Assembly: GCF_001194135.2 (NCBI RefSeq)
Contig: NC_068981.1
Span: 57,428,239 to 57,475,820 of the forward strand
Reading direction: 5' to 3'
Source: Octopus bimaculoides
Lineage: Eukaryota
Length of the DNA: 47,582 nucleotides
In this document: in pieces, positions 24,354-37,545 of the stretch
How positions within the stretch are numbered: the first letter of the stretch is position 1
Layout of the letters: the number at the start of each line of letters is the position of its first letter
Translations under genes and position numbers: made by a program
The notes under the pieces: generated by a model
What the model was told of the DNA's origin: nothing
Database searches by the model: none
What the model saw: only the letters and a program-made list of their open reading frames with translations

Positions 24354-25082
24354 CATAATTCCTCATCAATTAAATATAGAACTGTATCAGCTGAGCTTTG
24401 TAGAGTATTAGTGGTTGTTGGAAGCTGAAGTATTTTCTGATCCTGAAGAGAAAGGTCAATTTTTGAAGATGTTCATATTTTTGAGTGGCTGGGATCCAAT
24501 ATCATGTTCTTTTTTTTTATGTGTAGTGATAATGTTCTACAGCTGAGACAACCATGACTCCTTTTGAGGATATTTTCTAGATCTCTGCTCATACAGTCAG
24601 GGCATGTTTGGTGTGAAGCATCTGTCTTCACTAAGTAGAAGCGAGTGTGATAAGATGATAATTGGCATGGTCAGAGAGATTGTCCTTCCTGGGGGTGGGA
24701 CACACTGCACTGTGATTCCAAAGCTTGCAATGTATCCTGGTTTGTTGGCTATTTTTAATATTAAATAAGAAAGAAAAATTATCTTTGGAAAATTATTAGA
24801 AACAAGTTAATTAAGAATCATATGTATCATAGCATTCTCAATTTATGGCTTCCATCTTTTGTGAGAAAACAAAATCTCTGATATTTTAAGGCAGCCTTTC
24901 TGAGCTATCAAATCACAGGTTGAAAACATAAAGCTTGTCATTGATATCTAGTTTTTAATACTACACCAGGAAAGTTACTTATCTCACTCTAGTCCCTGCA
25001 TCAAGTCTGAAAACTTAGAAGTTGATTTAGCTTAAAATTTGATATTTTAATGGGAACAATATATAAATAAAGCAAACATTAA

Positions 25083-25298
25083 CCCTGTAACATTCAGATT
25101 ACTCAAATGTAATGTTTATCATTTCACATTGTTTTGAATTAATCATGCACTCTTTTGTAACTTCAAGAGTTTGATAATGTGATTGTTTATTTTTAGAATG
25201 ACATTGTAGGATAGATGGTGGAGGCTAGATTTGACTGGTTTGAACATAAAACAGGTAGAATATTTGGGCTAGATATGGCCAGTTTAAATGCTAAAGGG
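25083..25298. mobile_element. piggyBac-like MITE
   Basis: TTAA|ccctgtaacatt ... aatgctaaaggg|TTAA; TTAA target duplication and CCC/GGG termini. Confidence 0.7.
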
Positions 25299-25791
25299 TT
25301 AAATATAGTTTAATTATCATAGTTTTATTATTTTTTTGGTTTATGCTTTTAATAATTTGAGGAAAAGTTGATAGAAATCTTAGAAAGGAACCACATTGAA
25401 TTCTAGATATCTCTTCTGCAAAATGGTTCTATTCGTAATGGAGATATTGCATGATATAGATTACTGTAGCAGATATTGTCCCAAACTGGATCATGGAAAT
25501 GCACCTTAACACTGATCCCAACTTCTAATCTGTAGCAAGTCAAGATATTTTCTGTTGGTTAACTTCACTGATAGCTGAAACTCATATGACTATCAGAATA
25601 TATCCAAAGAGAAGAAAAAAATGTAATTGATTGATAGAAAAAGACAAACCTTTCTACAAAGGTTTTTGTAAAACTAACTGTTGAGTTACCCATGTAAAAA
25701 GCAAACATAAAAAAAAAATACAACTACAGTGATCTGGCTGGTTTGAACATAAAATAGATAGAATATTTAAGTTAGATGGCCAGTTTAAATT

Positions 25792-25833
25792 ATATCATTC
25801 AATCTGGCCATATTTGGCCAGATTGAATGATAT
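25792..25833. repeat. perfect 19-bp inverted repeat with 4-nt loop
   Basis: atatcattcaatctggcca-tatt-tggccagattgaatgatat. Confidence 0.95.
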
Positions 25834-26732
25834 CATTTGTAGATAAACTGAAACAAAAGATGGGGCAGTTGTGAGTGGAACAGCCTTGATCATAGGCTTA
25901 TATGATCAGGGCTGATGTGGAGCCAAACAACAACAATTCTATTGCATCCTCTATGCTACACAATGAGAATACCATTTTAAGCTACATTAAAAAATGGATA
26001 TGTTAACTTTTATAAGGGCATGCCTGAATAGTTCGGAAACAGAGGAGTAGATGCCATTTGGATAAACTACTGATCTAGCAGTTGTTTCACTGCCTCTTGG
26101 TAGGACACTTCATTCTACATTTTCTCTGTTCACGTTGTTTAGCCATTGGTCAGAGCTGATCCAAGGGATCACTGATCAAAGATATTCCAGCAATGACCAT
26201 TCTACCTATATTTTTAGACAATGTATCTAGGACCACTTTATCCAGTGTGTCCTTTTTATAACATGATAAGGTGTTATTTCAGGTAGATTTGCCTTCACTT
26301 CTAACAAGTCAAGCAACTGCATACAATTTCCCCTCATTGGCTCATGTTCATCTCAATGTCAGGAATAGGAAACTTTGCTGGAATAACTTTATTTCACATT
26401 GTCTTCATGCTCTGGAATACATTTTAGTAAGTAATATGAAATCAGTTCAACCAATTTACCGTAAGGATGTATAGTTAGTAAAAATATCATAAAAGATTGT
26501 TTCAGTGTACTTTTATTTTCAATTTTTATTTTTTAAACTAGGGGAGGGCGCCCTTAAATGTATATTGTATAGGTTAATTTACATATGTAGACATGCAGTA
26601 TCTTTTACTGCCTTTTATTATAGCACTTAAAATGATGTAACCAAATGACATACTTATACAGTGTTGAATTTTATTTTTTCCAGCTAACCCTCTAGTTGTA
26701 GCCTGCTTTATAAGCAGTTTCAAATCGTCTCA

Positions 26733-27306
26733 ATGGCTACAGGATCTCCTTTAAGCAATTCCCAGCTTGTTTATTATTTTCGAGGCCTGCCTTATTCTTC
26801 AAACTTAACTTCAAATTTGGGATCTCAAGTCCAGAATTTGTTCCCATTGTTGAGACCTAGCTCCCACAGCAGTTTAAGAAGCAGTGAACCTTTGGCAAGT
26901 TCAGTCAGAAATAATTCACTGAGCAATAATAACAGTTCCACTCCTCATCTTTATCCACAACAATCCATGGTTATTAACATGGACCCACTTGCTAACAGAG
27001 ACACAGTTAACACAAACTTTGATCTTAATGGTATATCAACTAACAGTAATAATCCCACTGAAGGTGTTTCAAGTGGGAACAATTTAAATGGATACCAGCA
27101 ACAACAACAACAACAACAGCAACCACAGCAACAACAGCAGGATTTACTTGGCCTCAGAAATATTTCACATGGTCAACATGGACATGCTCATCATGAACAT
27201 AATACTGACAATAGATCAGACTGGCGTATTGTATTCAAATTGTTACAGAAATCTGGAATATTTGCAGTTATTCTTTTTATAAAAGTTATGTATGATCACA
27301 GACTTG
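26733..27306 (+). CDS. RNFT2: RING finger and transmembrane domain protein (RNFT2/RNFT1-like), first coding exon
   Basis: Acceptor at 26683, ATG 26733; low-complexity S/N/Q/H N-terminus then DWRIVFKLLQKSGIFAVILFIKVMYDHRLG (cf. RNFT2 LEKGLPFILILLAKLCFQHKLG); gtaagt donor at 27307, phase 1. Confidence 0.88.
27096..27140 (+). repeat. CAA/CAG repeat encoding Q9PQ5
   Basis: direct translation within the RNFT exon. Confidence 0.95.
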
Positions 27307-29341
27307 GTAAGTACATTCCTTTTACTTCCGTATGTGATTCTTTATATCCTATTTAAATATTGATTTCAAATTTTGGCAAAAGGCCAGCCCCAAAAGGATG
27401 AAAGGCGAAGTCGACTGCAAAAGCATTTGAACTCAGAAGCATAAAATCAAAAAGAAATGCTACTAAGCCATTTTATCTGGCATGGTAACGATTCTGCCAG
27501 CTTGTCGCCTTATCCTATTTGAATATTAGGTGATGTGAGTTAGAGTTCATCCTTAATCATCATCATCATCATTGCTTTAACGTCAACTTTTCCATATTTG
27601 CATGGATCAGACAAAATTTGTTTAGGCAGATTTTTACAGCTGCATACCCTTACTGTTGCCAACCCAAATCTGTTTCCAAGCAAGATAATATTCCCCCTTG
27701 ATTAAACATGTTTTCACAAAAGATTGGAAATGAAGGATACTGCTTACATGATGGTGACACTCATTTACAATTGTCATGCCATGTTTAGGTGAGGAGACAG
27801 TAACACACATACACATGCGCGACTTCTTTCAGTTTCTGTCTAGTAATTCACACATAAAGCTTTGATCAGTTCAAGGCTATAGTAGAAGACTTTTGCCACA
27901 GATGACACACAATGGGACTGAACCCTGAACTATATGTTTAGGAATTAAACTTCTTACCACACAATTATGCCTTATATTTAAAGTCACTGGAGGCACAAAG
28001 TAAAAGCAATAATTAAATTATTAGAAGGCAACTAAAGAGTTGATTTTCACAAGGGTAGAAGTGTAATTTCTTTCTTTATTTTGTTGTAAAAGTTATTTCT
28101 TTAATGTGGACATATTTAGATAAAATTTGGTATCTGCTAAAAAATGCATCGCTATGTTCTTGATTAACATGAAAATGAATACTAAAAGTTATTATACACA
28201 CAGTACCTTACAAAACACAAATCTATTGAATTTTATAGTATTGTTGTTGTTTAACCCCAAGTCAACCATGATCCAGCAAACTTATGGTTAAAGTTGTACC
28301 AACTCTGATCATCCTGTCGTCTATTCAAACTAAATAGTAGTGCTTCCTTATCATATCAAATATCCTTTCTTTTTATTAAGGTGGGTTTGAGGGAGATTTG
28401 ACTGATATTTCTAACATGTCCAATGGCTGTGTAGGCAATTTGCCATTTGCCCAGTTAACATATATACATATTAATATATGTTAATATAAATGTATGTTTT
28501 CGAGTGCCTGTATTTACTGATCAGTATTATTATTAATTGTCTTCATGTCCCAATTTATTTGTTTTCCATCCCTAATCTTTTAATTAATTCGTCATAACTA
28601 CCCAACAGTGAAAACATAACCTACTTTTAATTATAATTTGTTGAGTATCAATCTTTTCCTTCTTCACAACATTATGAGGTATCAGGTGTTAGTCGTGTGT
28701 TATTTTATACTTGTCTTACCTTGTGAGACAGGTGTGATAGTAAAAAATTTACTGGGGAAAGTGCACAGAATTGGAAGGGGTAGAAGTGTAAAAGAGTATA
28801 ATATTGTGGAAGGAAAAAAAATTCTTTCACTGAAGGAAATAACCAGCCACTTGCTTGCCATTTTCCTTCTCTATGAGGTTAGCTATTCTGAATCAATGTT
28901 TGGAAACAGATGTTGCAGTAAAAATTTATTGTCAGTCATGGAAAATAAGGTCACAGAAATCACTACAGCATAAAGGAGAGGTCTTGCCAAGTCAAGTAAG
29001 TTTCCCCAGGTTTAATTCCTGGTTGAAGCTAAATCACCTTGATCCACATTACTAATGCTATCGACAAACACCTGAATGTCAGTCACACATTTTCACCTTT
29101 GTCTGTTAATTAGTGGTGCCATGGTTCATTGAAGAATGCTGTGGCTTTTTGGACAATGGTGTGAACATCATTTCACTCAAACAGGAGATTATATTGCGTG
29201 ATTGGGGTGAAAACACTAAAACACCTTATCTGGAAAAGAGGTGTGTATATGTATGTGTGTGTGTATGTATATGTGTGTGTATATATGTGTGTGTGTGTGT
29301 GTGTATATATATATCTATATATATATATATTATATATATAT

Positions 29342-29646
29342 GCATGGCTTAGTGGTTAGGGTATTCAGCTTGTGATCGTAGGGTCATGAGTTCAATTCCC
29401 TGCAGTGCAAGATACTTTATTTCTCATTGCTCCAGTCTACTCAGCCAACAAAAATGAGTAGTACCTGTATTTCAAGGGGCTAGCCTTGTCACACTCTCTG
29501 TCATGCTGAATCTCCTTGAGAAATATATAAAAAGGGGTACGTGTGTCTGTGGAGTGCTCAGCCACTTGCACGTTAATCTCACGAGCAAGTGGTTCCATTG
29601 ATCATATCAGCTGGGACCCTCATTGTTGTAACCGACGGAGTGCTTC
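29342..29646 (+). mobile_element. tRNA-derived SINE, near full length
   Basis: gcatggcttagtggttagg A-box, gagttcaattcc B-box, body ending ...gtaaccgacggagtgct; preceded by (TG)n(TA)n. Confidence 0.75.
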
Positions 29647-30004
29647 CTAATATACATACACATTTAAAATGACAAATTTGTTTCATAACTCGAAAACATG
29701 CAAATAACTTATATTATCATATTTGATAATAAATAAATTACTTACATGTCTTCATTATTGCAAAATGCAAAAAAATTGTTCAAAATAATGCAAAATTTGT
29801 GGTACATCTTCAGTTGAAAGAAAATCTTTATATATACACAATTTGAGGGTATATGTCTGTGTATATTTCTATATATTTATACACTATTGCATCTGCTACA
29901 TTGAAAGCAGTGTAGTATGTAAATGTTTGTAAAGAATGTGAGAACATATCCGTGTGTCTGTAGACAAACACATAAGTGTGTGTATTTATATATAGATGTA
30001 TATA

Positions 30005-30255
30005 CAGGGTGGGTGCAAAAGTGGGTATACAGTTGTGAAAGGGAAAAAGCACATACAATGCTCATTTATTTTATCGAAAAAATTAAAAGTTAGCCTTGTT
30101 TTTGATATTTTCAGTATCATTATTCATAATAATACATTTATCATAACTATAATAATCCTGTTATTGTAACTTAGTTTTTTTTTGATAAAAATAAATGAGT
30201 TTTGTATGTATTTCCTTTTTCCATTACTATATACCTACTTTTGTACACACTCCTG
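30005..30255. mobile_element. Tc1/mariner-type MITE
   Basis: TA|cagggtgggtgcaaaagtgggtata ... tatacctacttttgtacacactcctg|TA; ~80-bp imperfect TIRs and TA duplication. Confidence 0.75.
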
Positions 30256-31739
30256 TATATAGATGTATATATATATATATAGATGTGTATACTGTTCTTG
30301 TAATGAAAACTATAAGATACTTCACTCTTTACTGTTTGGGGATGTTAATTTGGAGCATCATAAATAAGACTTCTTTGAACTTTGGAAAATTCTAACTGAA
30401 TCTTGTTTTTAGTTTTCTCGTTGTCTGTTCGCCTATGCCCTTTTGACATTTCAAAGCCTTAGAAGTTTGCTCATAAAGAGTTACATACATATGGATAAAT
30501 GGACGGATATTTATGTATTTGTTTTGCAAGATTCGGCCAATTAACCGGATGCATTCTATATGCTTGTTCTTCACTTCATCTTTATTATCATCATCATCAT
30601 TATTATTATTATTATTATTATTATGATTATTAGTATTATTTTGGTGTCCTTTGTCTGAAATCTTTTGTCACTCGTCCTGTGACCTCTCCAGTGACTCTAC
30701 ATCCCGTGTGTCTACTCCTGTCCTGTTTAGTCCCTTCTGACAGAATGGACTAAACAGAACTGAATGTGTGACAGAAGATTTCAGACAAGGGATCCTCAAA
30801 TAATAATAATGAAGATGAAGTGAGGAACAATCATGTTGAGTGCATCTGGTTAATTGGCCCAAAATGACTCACCCCAAATATAACAACATATACATGAATG
30901 TCTATGCCACAGAATCTCCATAAACTAGACACCAATAGTTAAGCATTGTCTAAGCCTAATCAGGTTACCTAATGAAGAAAATCAAACAATACCAAAGTAA
31001 GCAATCCTCACAAACAATGAATCTACAAACTTTGCATTTTACAAGATGAGTCTAAGATTTAAGAAATTCACAATTGAGCATAATATATGTGTATCCCCAT
31101 CATCAGCTGCCCAAACAGATATCATTGTGGTTTCGACACCTGGGTAGTACTGTTCAATCTGGCATTGTCCACAGTATTAAAAATATAACATTCCAAAGTT
31201 TGTTTTGATATAACGGTAAGCTTCTGGCTAATTGCAATTCTGATCTCAGACCAGAATTACTTCTTACTTCTAATAATAGTCTGAAAAATGGAATATTCTT
31301 CACAAAATTCATGATTATGATACTATTATTACTATTGTTATGGTCATCATTACTGCCATATGTCTGTCTTTAGCAAGCTGACAGAATTGTTAGCATGTTA
31401 GGCAAAATGCTGGCCTTGTGCTAAAATTTGAAACCAATATTACTTTCTCTACAATTTAAATTGTAGCAGTCTTAGCAAAAAATTCCATCTCTATTTAATA
31501 ATAACCTGTTGGCTGGTTTCTCCTGCCACACTTTGCATCATATAAAGAGATGGGGAGACAGTAAATGCGAGTTAACATAAGAAGTTAAGAGGAACATAGA
31601 AATTCACACATAGTGGTAGGGGGATGGTAAAGATAAAAGGTACACCAAATACATGACACATACACACAAACATTTGCACACCCACATACATGCAATCTTC
31701 TCTCCCTCATACACACACACAGAGTAGGAGAGACAGAGG

Positions 31740-32140
31740 AAGGTGAGAGGGAATAAATGAGTGCCATTGGCTGTAGCTGAAAAAGGCTTTGGGGGCCTTA
31801 CAGAGGCAAAGTGATTGAGGTCCTTTCAAATGTTGGGCCTTACAGAGGCAATGACCAAGACCTTTGGCATTATGTCGTGCTTGAGAAAAAGACCCATCAA
31901 GCCAAGTAAAATCACAGTTGTGGCAGATACCAGTGTCATGCAAATGGCACCCTTGCCGGTGGCACATAAAAGCACCCATTACACTCTTGGAGTGGCTGGT
32001 GTTACAAAGGGAATCCAGCCGTAGAAGCAATACCAAAACAGACTGGAGTTTGGTGCAGCCTTCCAGCTTGCCAGCCCTGGTCAAACCGTCCAACCCATGC
32101 CAGCTTAGACAACGGACGTTAAATGATGATGATGATGATG
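31740..32140 (+). mobile_element. RTE-family 3' tail copy
   Basis: ccttacagaggcaatgac tandem units, ggcacataaaagcaccc, ccgtccaacccatgccagc...ggacgttaaa(tga)n. Confidence 0.8.
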
Positions 32141-32149
32141 ATAATATAT

Positions 32150-32150
32150 G

Positions 32151-32236
<86 letters not shown>
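32150..32236. repeat. (TA)n microsatellite
   Basis: about 40 TA units. Confidence 0.98.
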
Positions 32237-32240
<4 letters not shown>

Positions 32241-33645
32241 CATCATCATCATCGTTTAATGTCTGTTTTCTATGCTGGCATGGGTTGGACGGTTCGACTG
32301 GGGACTGGCAAGCCAGGAGGCAGCACCAGGCTCCAATCTGATCTGGCAAGATTTCTACAGCTGGATGCCCCTCCTAAGGCCAACCACTCTGAGAGTATAG
32401 TGGGTGCTTTTTACATGCCACAGGCACAGGAGCCAGTCAGGTGGCACTGGCATCGGCCACATTTGGATGGTGCCTTTTACATGCTACTGGCACAGAAGCC
32501 AGTTGGGGCAAGGAGGCTAGCATCAACTACGTTCGGATGGTGTTTATTGTGTGCCACTGGCATGGGAGCCAGTTAAGCGGCACTGGCATCGGCCACTACA
32601 ATTTCCATTTTGATTTTGATTTGATTGAGATTCTGATTGTGATTTTGATTTGGATTTTTGATGTTACTTGACTCAATAGGTCTCCTCAAGCACAGCGTGT
32701 CGCCCAACAATTCAAAAGTACTTTTTAAATGGGCTGGCTATGAGACACTGGTATAGGCTACGGCTGTGATCTCACTTTACTTGCCAGTCTTCTCAATCAC
32801 AGCATATCTACAGAGGTCTCAGTCTCTTGTCATTACCTCTGCTTCACCACCTCATTCCATGTCTTCTTGGGTCTCCTTCTTCCACGAGTTCCTTCCGCTG
32901 TTAGGGAGTGACACTTTTTCGCACAGCTCCCCTCATCCATACGCTGCACATGATCATATCAGTGAAGTCGTCTCTCTTGCACACCACATCTGATGCTTCT
33001 TATGTCCATCATTTCTCACAGAGCGCTTACACTCTGTTGTATGTGCACACTGACATTACATATCTAGCAGATCATACTAGCTTCATTTCTTTCAAGCCTA
33101 CATATGTCCTCAACAGTCACGGCCCATGTTTCACTGCCGTGTAGCATGGCAGTATGCACACATGCATCTTATAGTCTACCTTTCACTCTGAGCGAGAGGC
33201 CCTTTGTCACCATAGAGGTAGGAGTTCTCTGAACTTTGCCCAAGCTATTCTTATTCTAGTGGCAACATTCTCAGTGCAACCACCCCCACTACAGACTTGG
33301 TCACCTAGATAGCAGAAGCTATCAACTACTTGTTTCTCCCACTGGCATGTGATGGAATCTGTTATTTGAGCATCTTCGGTGTTTAATGCCTTTCTGCATC
33401 TGCTGCACACAAAAGGTATCATCCTGGTTAACCTTCCTTTGATGTTGCTGCACTTCTTATGCGGCCATAGCTTACACTGGGTACATTGAATGGATTTTCT
33501 ACCTACACCTTTTCTACAGATTGAGCAGGGCCATCTACTTGAAGGGGTTTGTGATTTGTTCACCTTCCTACTTACTAGGATTTGGTTTTTGCAACATTGA
33601 CTCTAAGGCCCTTTGATTCTAAACCTTACTTCCACACCTAAAATT
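32237..33645 (-). mobile_element. RTE-clade LINE, 3' portion (RT C-terminal part with PHD-like finger, plus 3'UTR)
   Basis: GLESKGLRVNVAKTK, C4HC3 finger, VDSFCYLGD, RIRIAWAKFRELLP; same 3'UTR and (GAT)n tail as 2283-4395. Confidence 0.9.
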
Positions 33646-33840
33646 TGATTGGGAAATCCCATAACGAATCAGTTTATTGGTTATTTCCACTCATTGACTG
33701 TTTTTTTTTTAAAGCTGCATTAGAGATCTGCATAGAAGAAGGTTGATCTGAAGGCTTGCATTGGGGATCTGGATTGGAGTAACTTAGGAAAACTTACCAA
33801 CAGTCTTAACCAAAAAATAAGGGGCCTGTCCATTCTAGGT

Positions 33841-33957
33841 TAACTCTAACCCTAACCCTAACCCCTAACCCTAAAACCCTAACCCTAACACCAACCCTAA
33901 TCCTAACCCTAACCCTAATCCTAACCCTAAAACCCTAACCCTGACCCTAACACCCTA
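33841..33957. repeat. degenerate interstitial (CCCTAA)n telomere-type repeat
   Basis: roughly 17-19 imperfect ccctaa units. Confidence 0.9.
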
Positions 33958-34269
33958 GTGGAAATTGTGCAGGTGTTAATCTGAAAAATTACCAAACCCT
34001 TTTTGTGGTCCGAAAAACGGGTTGGGGTGGTGGAAGCCTCGGAAATTTTACCCATTTATATTGTGTAATTCACTGGCAAATTGTTACACACCTCTTTGTT
34101 TCATTGTTGTTAAATAAATGGATTGTCAATAAATTTTTTTCTTCAGCATGAAATATAAACAACACTCTTTTGCTCCCAAAGTAGTATATGTGCGTGTGTG
34201 TGAGAGTAAGAGGGGAGAAAGATGAACAATTTAAAATAAATAAATGATTTAAAATAAATATATTTTAAT

Positions 34270-34862
34270 TGTTGTGTTAGAAAGTATATATAATCTCATT
34301 ATAAAATATAGTGTCTTTCAAAAACATCCTATATTTGAAACTATCTCATATTTAAGAAAAAAAAAGCATTTTACATTTTACACTTACTCTGTCTTCCTTA
34401 CCTACCTTTTCTGTCTCCCTCTCCCACTTTTTCTTTACTTTTTTTTTGTTAGACACTGGCAAACAAACTCTGTCTTCCTTACCTACCTTTTCTTTCGTTA
34501 GATGCTTTCTGTCTCCCTCTCCCATTTTTTCTTTACTTTTTTTTGTTAGACCCTGGCAAACAAACTTTGTATCTCCCTCACTCCCCCTCTCACACACACA
34601 CAATTTCTCTCTCTCTCCTTCACACGCATACACACACTTTGACTTCGCCATGTTAGCAAACTTCAAAATTTGTAAAAATTATGGTTGAAAATCGATTTTT
34701 ACAGCTATACGCGGGTGCCTCTGTGAGAAAAAGTTGATGGAAATGCAGATAGGGTCATGACGAATGTCCTCCTAGAATTGGAGCGACATGTGTGCTAATT
34801 TGTGGACGTGCATAAATTACTTTCACGCACACACACACATCCTGCTTTTATATATACAGATA
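34270..34862 (-). mobile_element. possible non-autonomous Helitron-like element with internal tandem duplication
   Basis: Minus strand begins atctgtatatataaaagc, resembling TC-TATATATAAAA Helitron 5' ends; internal duplication 34387-34468 / 34469-34564; 3' end not identified. Confidence 0.35.
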
Positions 34863-34976
34863 TTCATATGATTTTTAATAAACAAATTATATAGCCATAT
34901 ATGAAAAAATAACATTTTTTGAAATCTTCTGTTGTTAATTTTATCTATATTCTGTCTCTGTTTTTATATTTTTCAG

Positions 34977-35062
34977 GGCTGTTAATATTCTTTAGTCTCT
35001 TAGGAACATTTTGCTATGCAAATCGAGGCTTTGATAGGCAGACACATCAACTTATTGCTCGG
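34977..35062 (+). CDS. RNFT2: RNFT-like coding exon 2
   Basis: tttttcag acceptor; (G)LLIFFSLLGTFCYANRGFDRQTHQLIAR (cf. GIAVCIGMASTFAYAN); gtgagt donor; phases 1 to 0. Confidence 0.9.
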
Positions 35063-35116
35063 GTGAGTTTCTAGTTGCTATCACAGCAAAAAAGAAAAAC
35101 AAAGAAAACTTTAAAT

Positions 35117-35376
35117 CAGAGGTTCTCAACTGGGGTCCATGGTAAATTTTCAGGGGCCATGAAAAAATTGTGCTTTAGACCAGTAAAGTTTATGTGCAAT
35201 AAATTGGTTATACGTCCATAACACACAAAATATTTTAACAATTTTTATACAAGTCCTAATAATATTTAATTATAAAAAATGATAGGACTTTTTAGACATT
35301 GAATGGCTATGGGGGTCCACCCAAGTAAAATAGGAATCAAAGAGGTCCATAGGTAAAAAATGCTTGAGAACCCCTG
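35117..35376. mobile_element. hAT (Charlie-type) MITE
   Basis: TIRs cagaggttctcaa / ttgagaacccctg; 8-bp TSD ctttaaat / ctctaaat. Confidence 0.85.
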
Positions 35377-37384
35377 CTCTAAATAATCTTTGATGCTGTT
35401 TTCTTTTTCCATGTTGTAACCTTTTATATTCTTACTCTTTCTGTAATACTTTCTGTTCACCTAATGCAATATTTAATTATTCGAAGGAGATAAACACAAG
35501 TAATTGGAGTGGCCTTATTACATTACTGTCAATAATTTTACCAACCCCAACCTTATGACTGTCAGGAAGATTTTAATTAAAAAGTAAAAAGGATAAAACT
35601 AAATATAGTAAAGCTCTGCTGTTTCAGGTAGACTTCATAATTTCTTTTTTATTTCTTTTATTGATAAACATGTTAGGATAACATTTCAAGATGTGTCAAA
35701 CTTAGTGCAACAGGATACTGAATATGAGTACTATAAACATTTCTATACAGCATTAAAACCTCGTTAGGGTGTATCTCTAGCTGCTCTAGTGTGTTGTCAA
35801 GGACTAGATTTAATAAAACAATATTGGAATTTCAACACACACACACATATTTCTGTTAATACCACTGACACCACTTACTGTAGCATAGTTTCCTGTTATT
35901 TCCCTACTCTTAACTATTGGATGCAGTCAAGGTTAAACTGATCTCAGTATGTTCTCCATTTTTCTTGGTGGTGCCAAGATGAATTTTAAAAATTGTTTAA
36001 GCATTGGACAGAATGCCTCATAGTATTTGTTCTGATTCCCTGCACCATGAATTCAAATCCTACCAAAGTCAACTTCGCCTTTTATCCTTTCAGGGCCAAT
36101 GAAAATAATATGAATCCAGTGCAGTGGATTGGTGGAACTAGGAAAGTTGGGTTGGATGTCTTGTGATATTTATTCGAGCCCTTTGTGTTCTGAGTTCAAA
36201 TCTTGCCATGGTCTACATAGGTGGTAGACTTAATCCATCGCTCAGTTGGGTACCTATACCTCTGTAAAGGGTTAAGGACACTGCCTTCCCTCTTAACTAA
36301 AAGATAAAAAATAAAACACAACTGTGATGTTTAATGCTTCAAGTCAAATTCAATATTGGTTTTTCTAGTGTTATATAGAAATTAAATTTGACACTGTAAG
36401 TTAACCAAACACTGTTATTGCTAACCACATATAATTTCTTTATAGTTATATCATCAGTTCACCTGGAACAATCTTCTAGATGTTCTAGATGAGCTCTGCA
36501 CATCCACCACAGACTGCAAATGTATTTTTATAATAATTCAGTTCTTACAGTATCACAATATAATCTGGTCATAATTGTCTTTAAATCTAATGATATACTT
36601 TTAGAAATAAAGATTAAATCAGATTGAAGTCATAATATATATATAAATAACCTAAAGTTTATTTATACTTATGCCAGAGTAGGATTTTGACTACTATAGC
36701 ACACTTTGTCAACAATCATCTGACATCACTGTTGTTTTACAGTTATGTGTTGACAGACACAGTGTAACACCAATTATAAGATACAAACCATTAATCTTTG
36801 GTCAGAAGGTCAAACCTTATTGAGTCAGCTTGCTGTAATTCTTACAATATTTGAATAAAAAATATAAAATTAAAATGTATTTTAAATTTGTTGTTTTGAA
36901 AGAGAGATAAGAATTTTGATTCTTGTTTTAATAGTAAAGTCAATCAAACTTAGGTAAACTATTCCAAAACTGGTATTTCTAACCATGTGCAATTGGCTTG
37001 AAAAGTCATGAAAACATGTTTTCACAGACATTCATATGTCATAAATAAGGATTTCTCACTTTGACACAAAGATACACGTTTTTAGGGAAAGGATTCATTG
37101 AAATAAAATAAGTAAAGTATTGCCTACAAATATTTTTTTGATGACAAGAGGAATGAAAAGCAAAGTTAAAATTTGAACTCAGAATACAGAAAGTTGAAAC
37201 CAAACATAGTACAGTCTCATTGTCATATATAATGTCCTACACCTTATTGTCATATATAACGTCCTACAAACTACTGAGATTTCAGGGCATCAGTAAAGAT
37301 GTTTGTGTAATGTTTCAAAGCATAGTTATTGGAGTGGTTTTCTCTTACCTTTTACTGTTTTATGGGAATATTTAATTTTATTTC

Positions 37385-37545
37385 ATTCGTATTTACATTC
37401 TGAGTTCAAATTCCACTGAGATTGACTTTAACTTTTGTTCTTTTGGGGTTGATAAAATTAGTACCAGTTGAATACTGGGGATGATGTAATCGACTTACTC
37501 CCTCTTTGAAGTTGCTGGCCTTGTGCCAAAATTTGAAACCAGTAT
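37385..37545 (+). mobile_element. CORE-type SINE
   Basis: ttctgagttcaaattccactgagattgacttt...gccttgtgccaaaatttgaaacca. Confidence 0.7.

Noticed and set aside
31707-32576. ORFs with IYIYIY or DDDD runs
   Set aside because: Translations of (TA)n and (GAT)n microsatellites and RTE 3'UTR.
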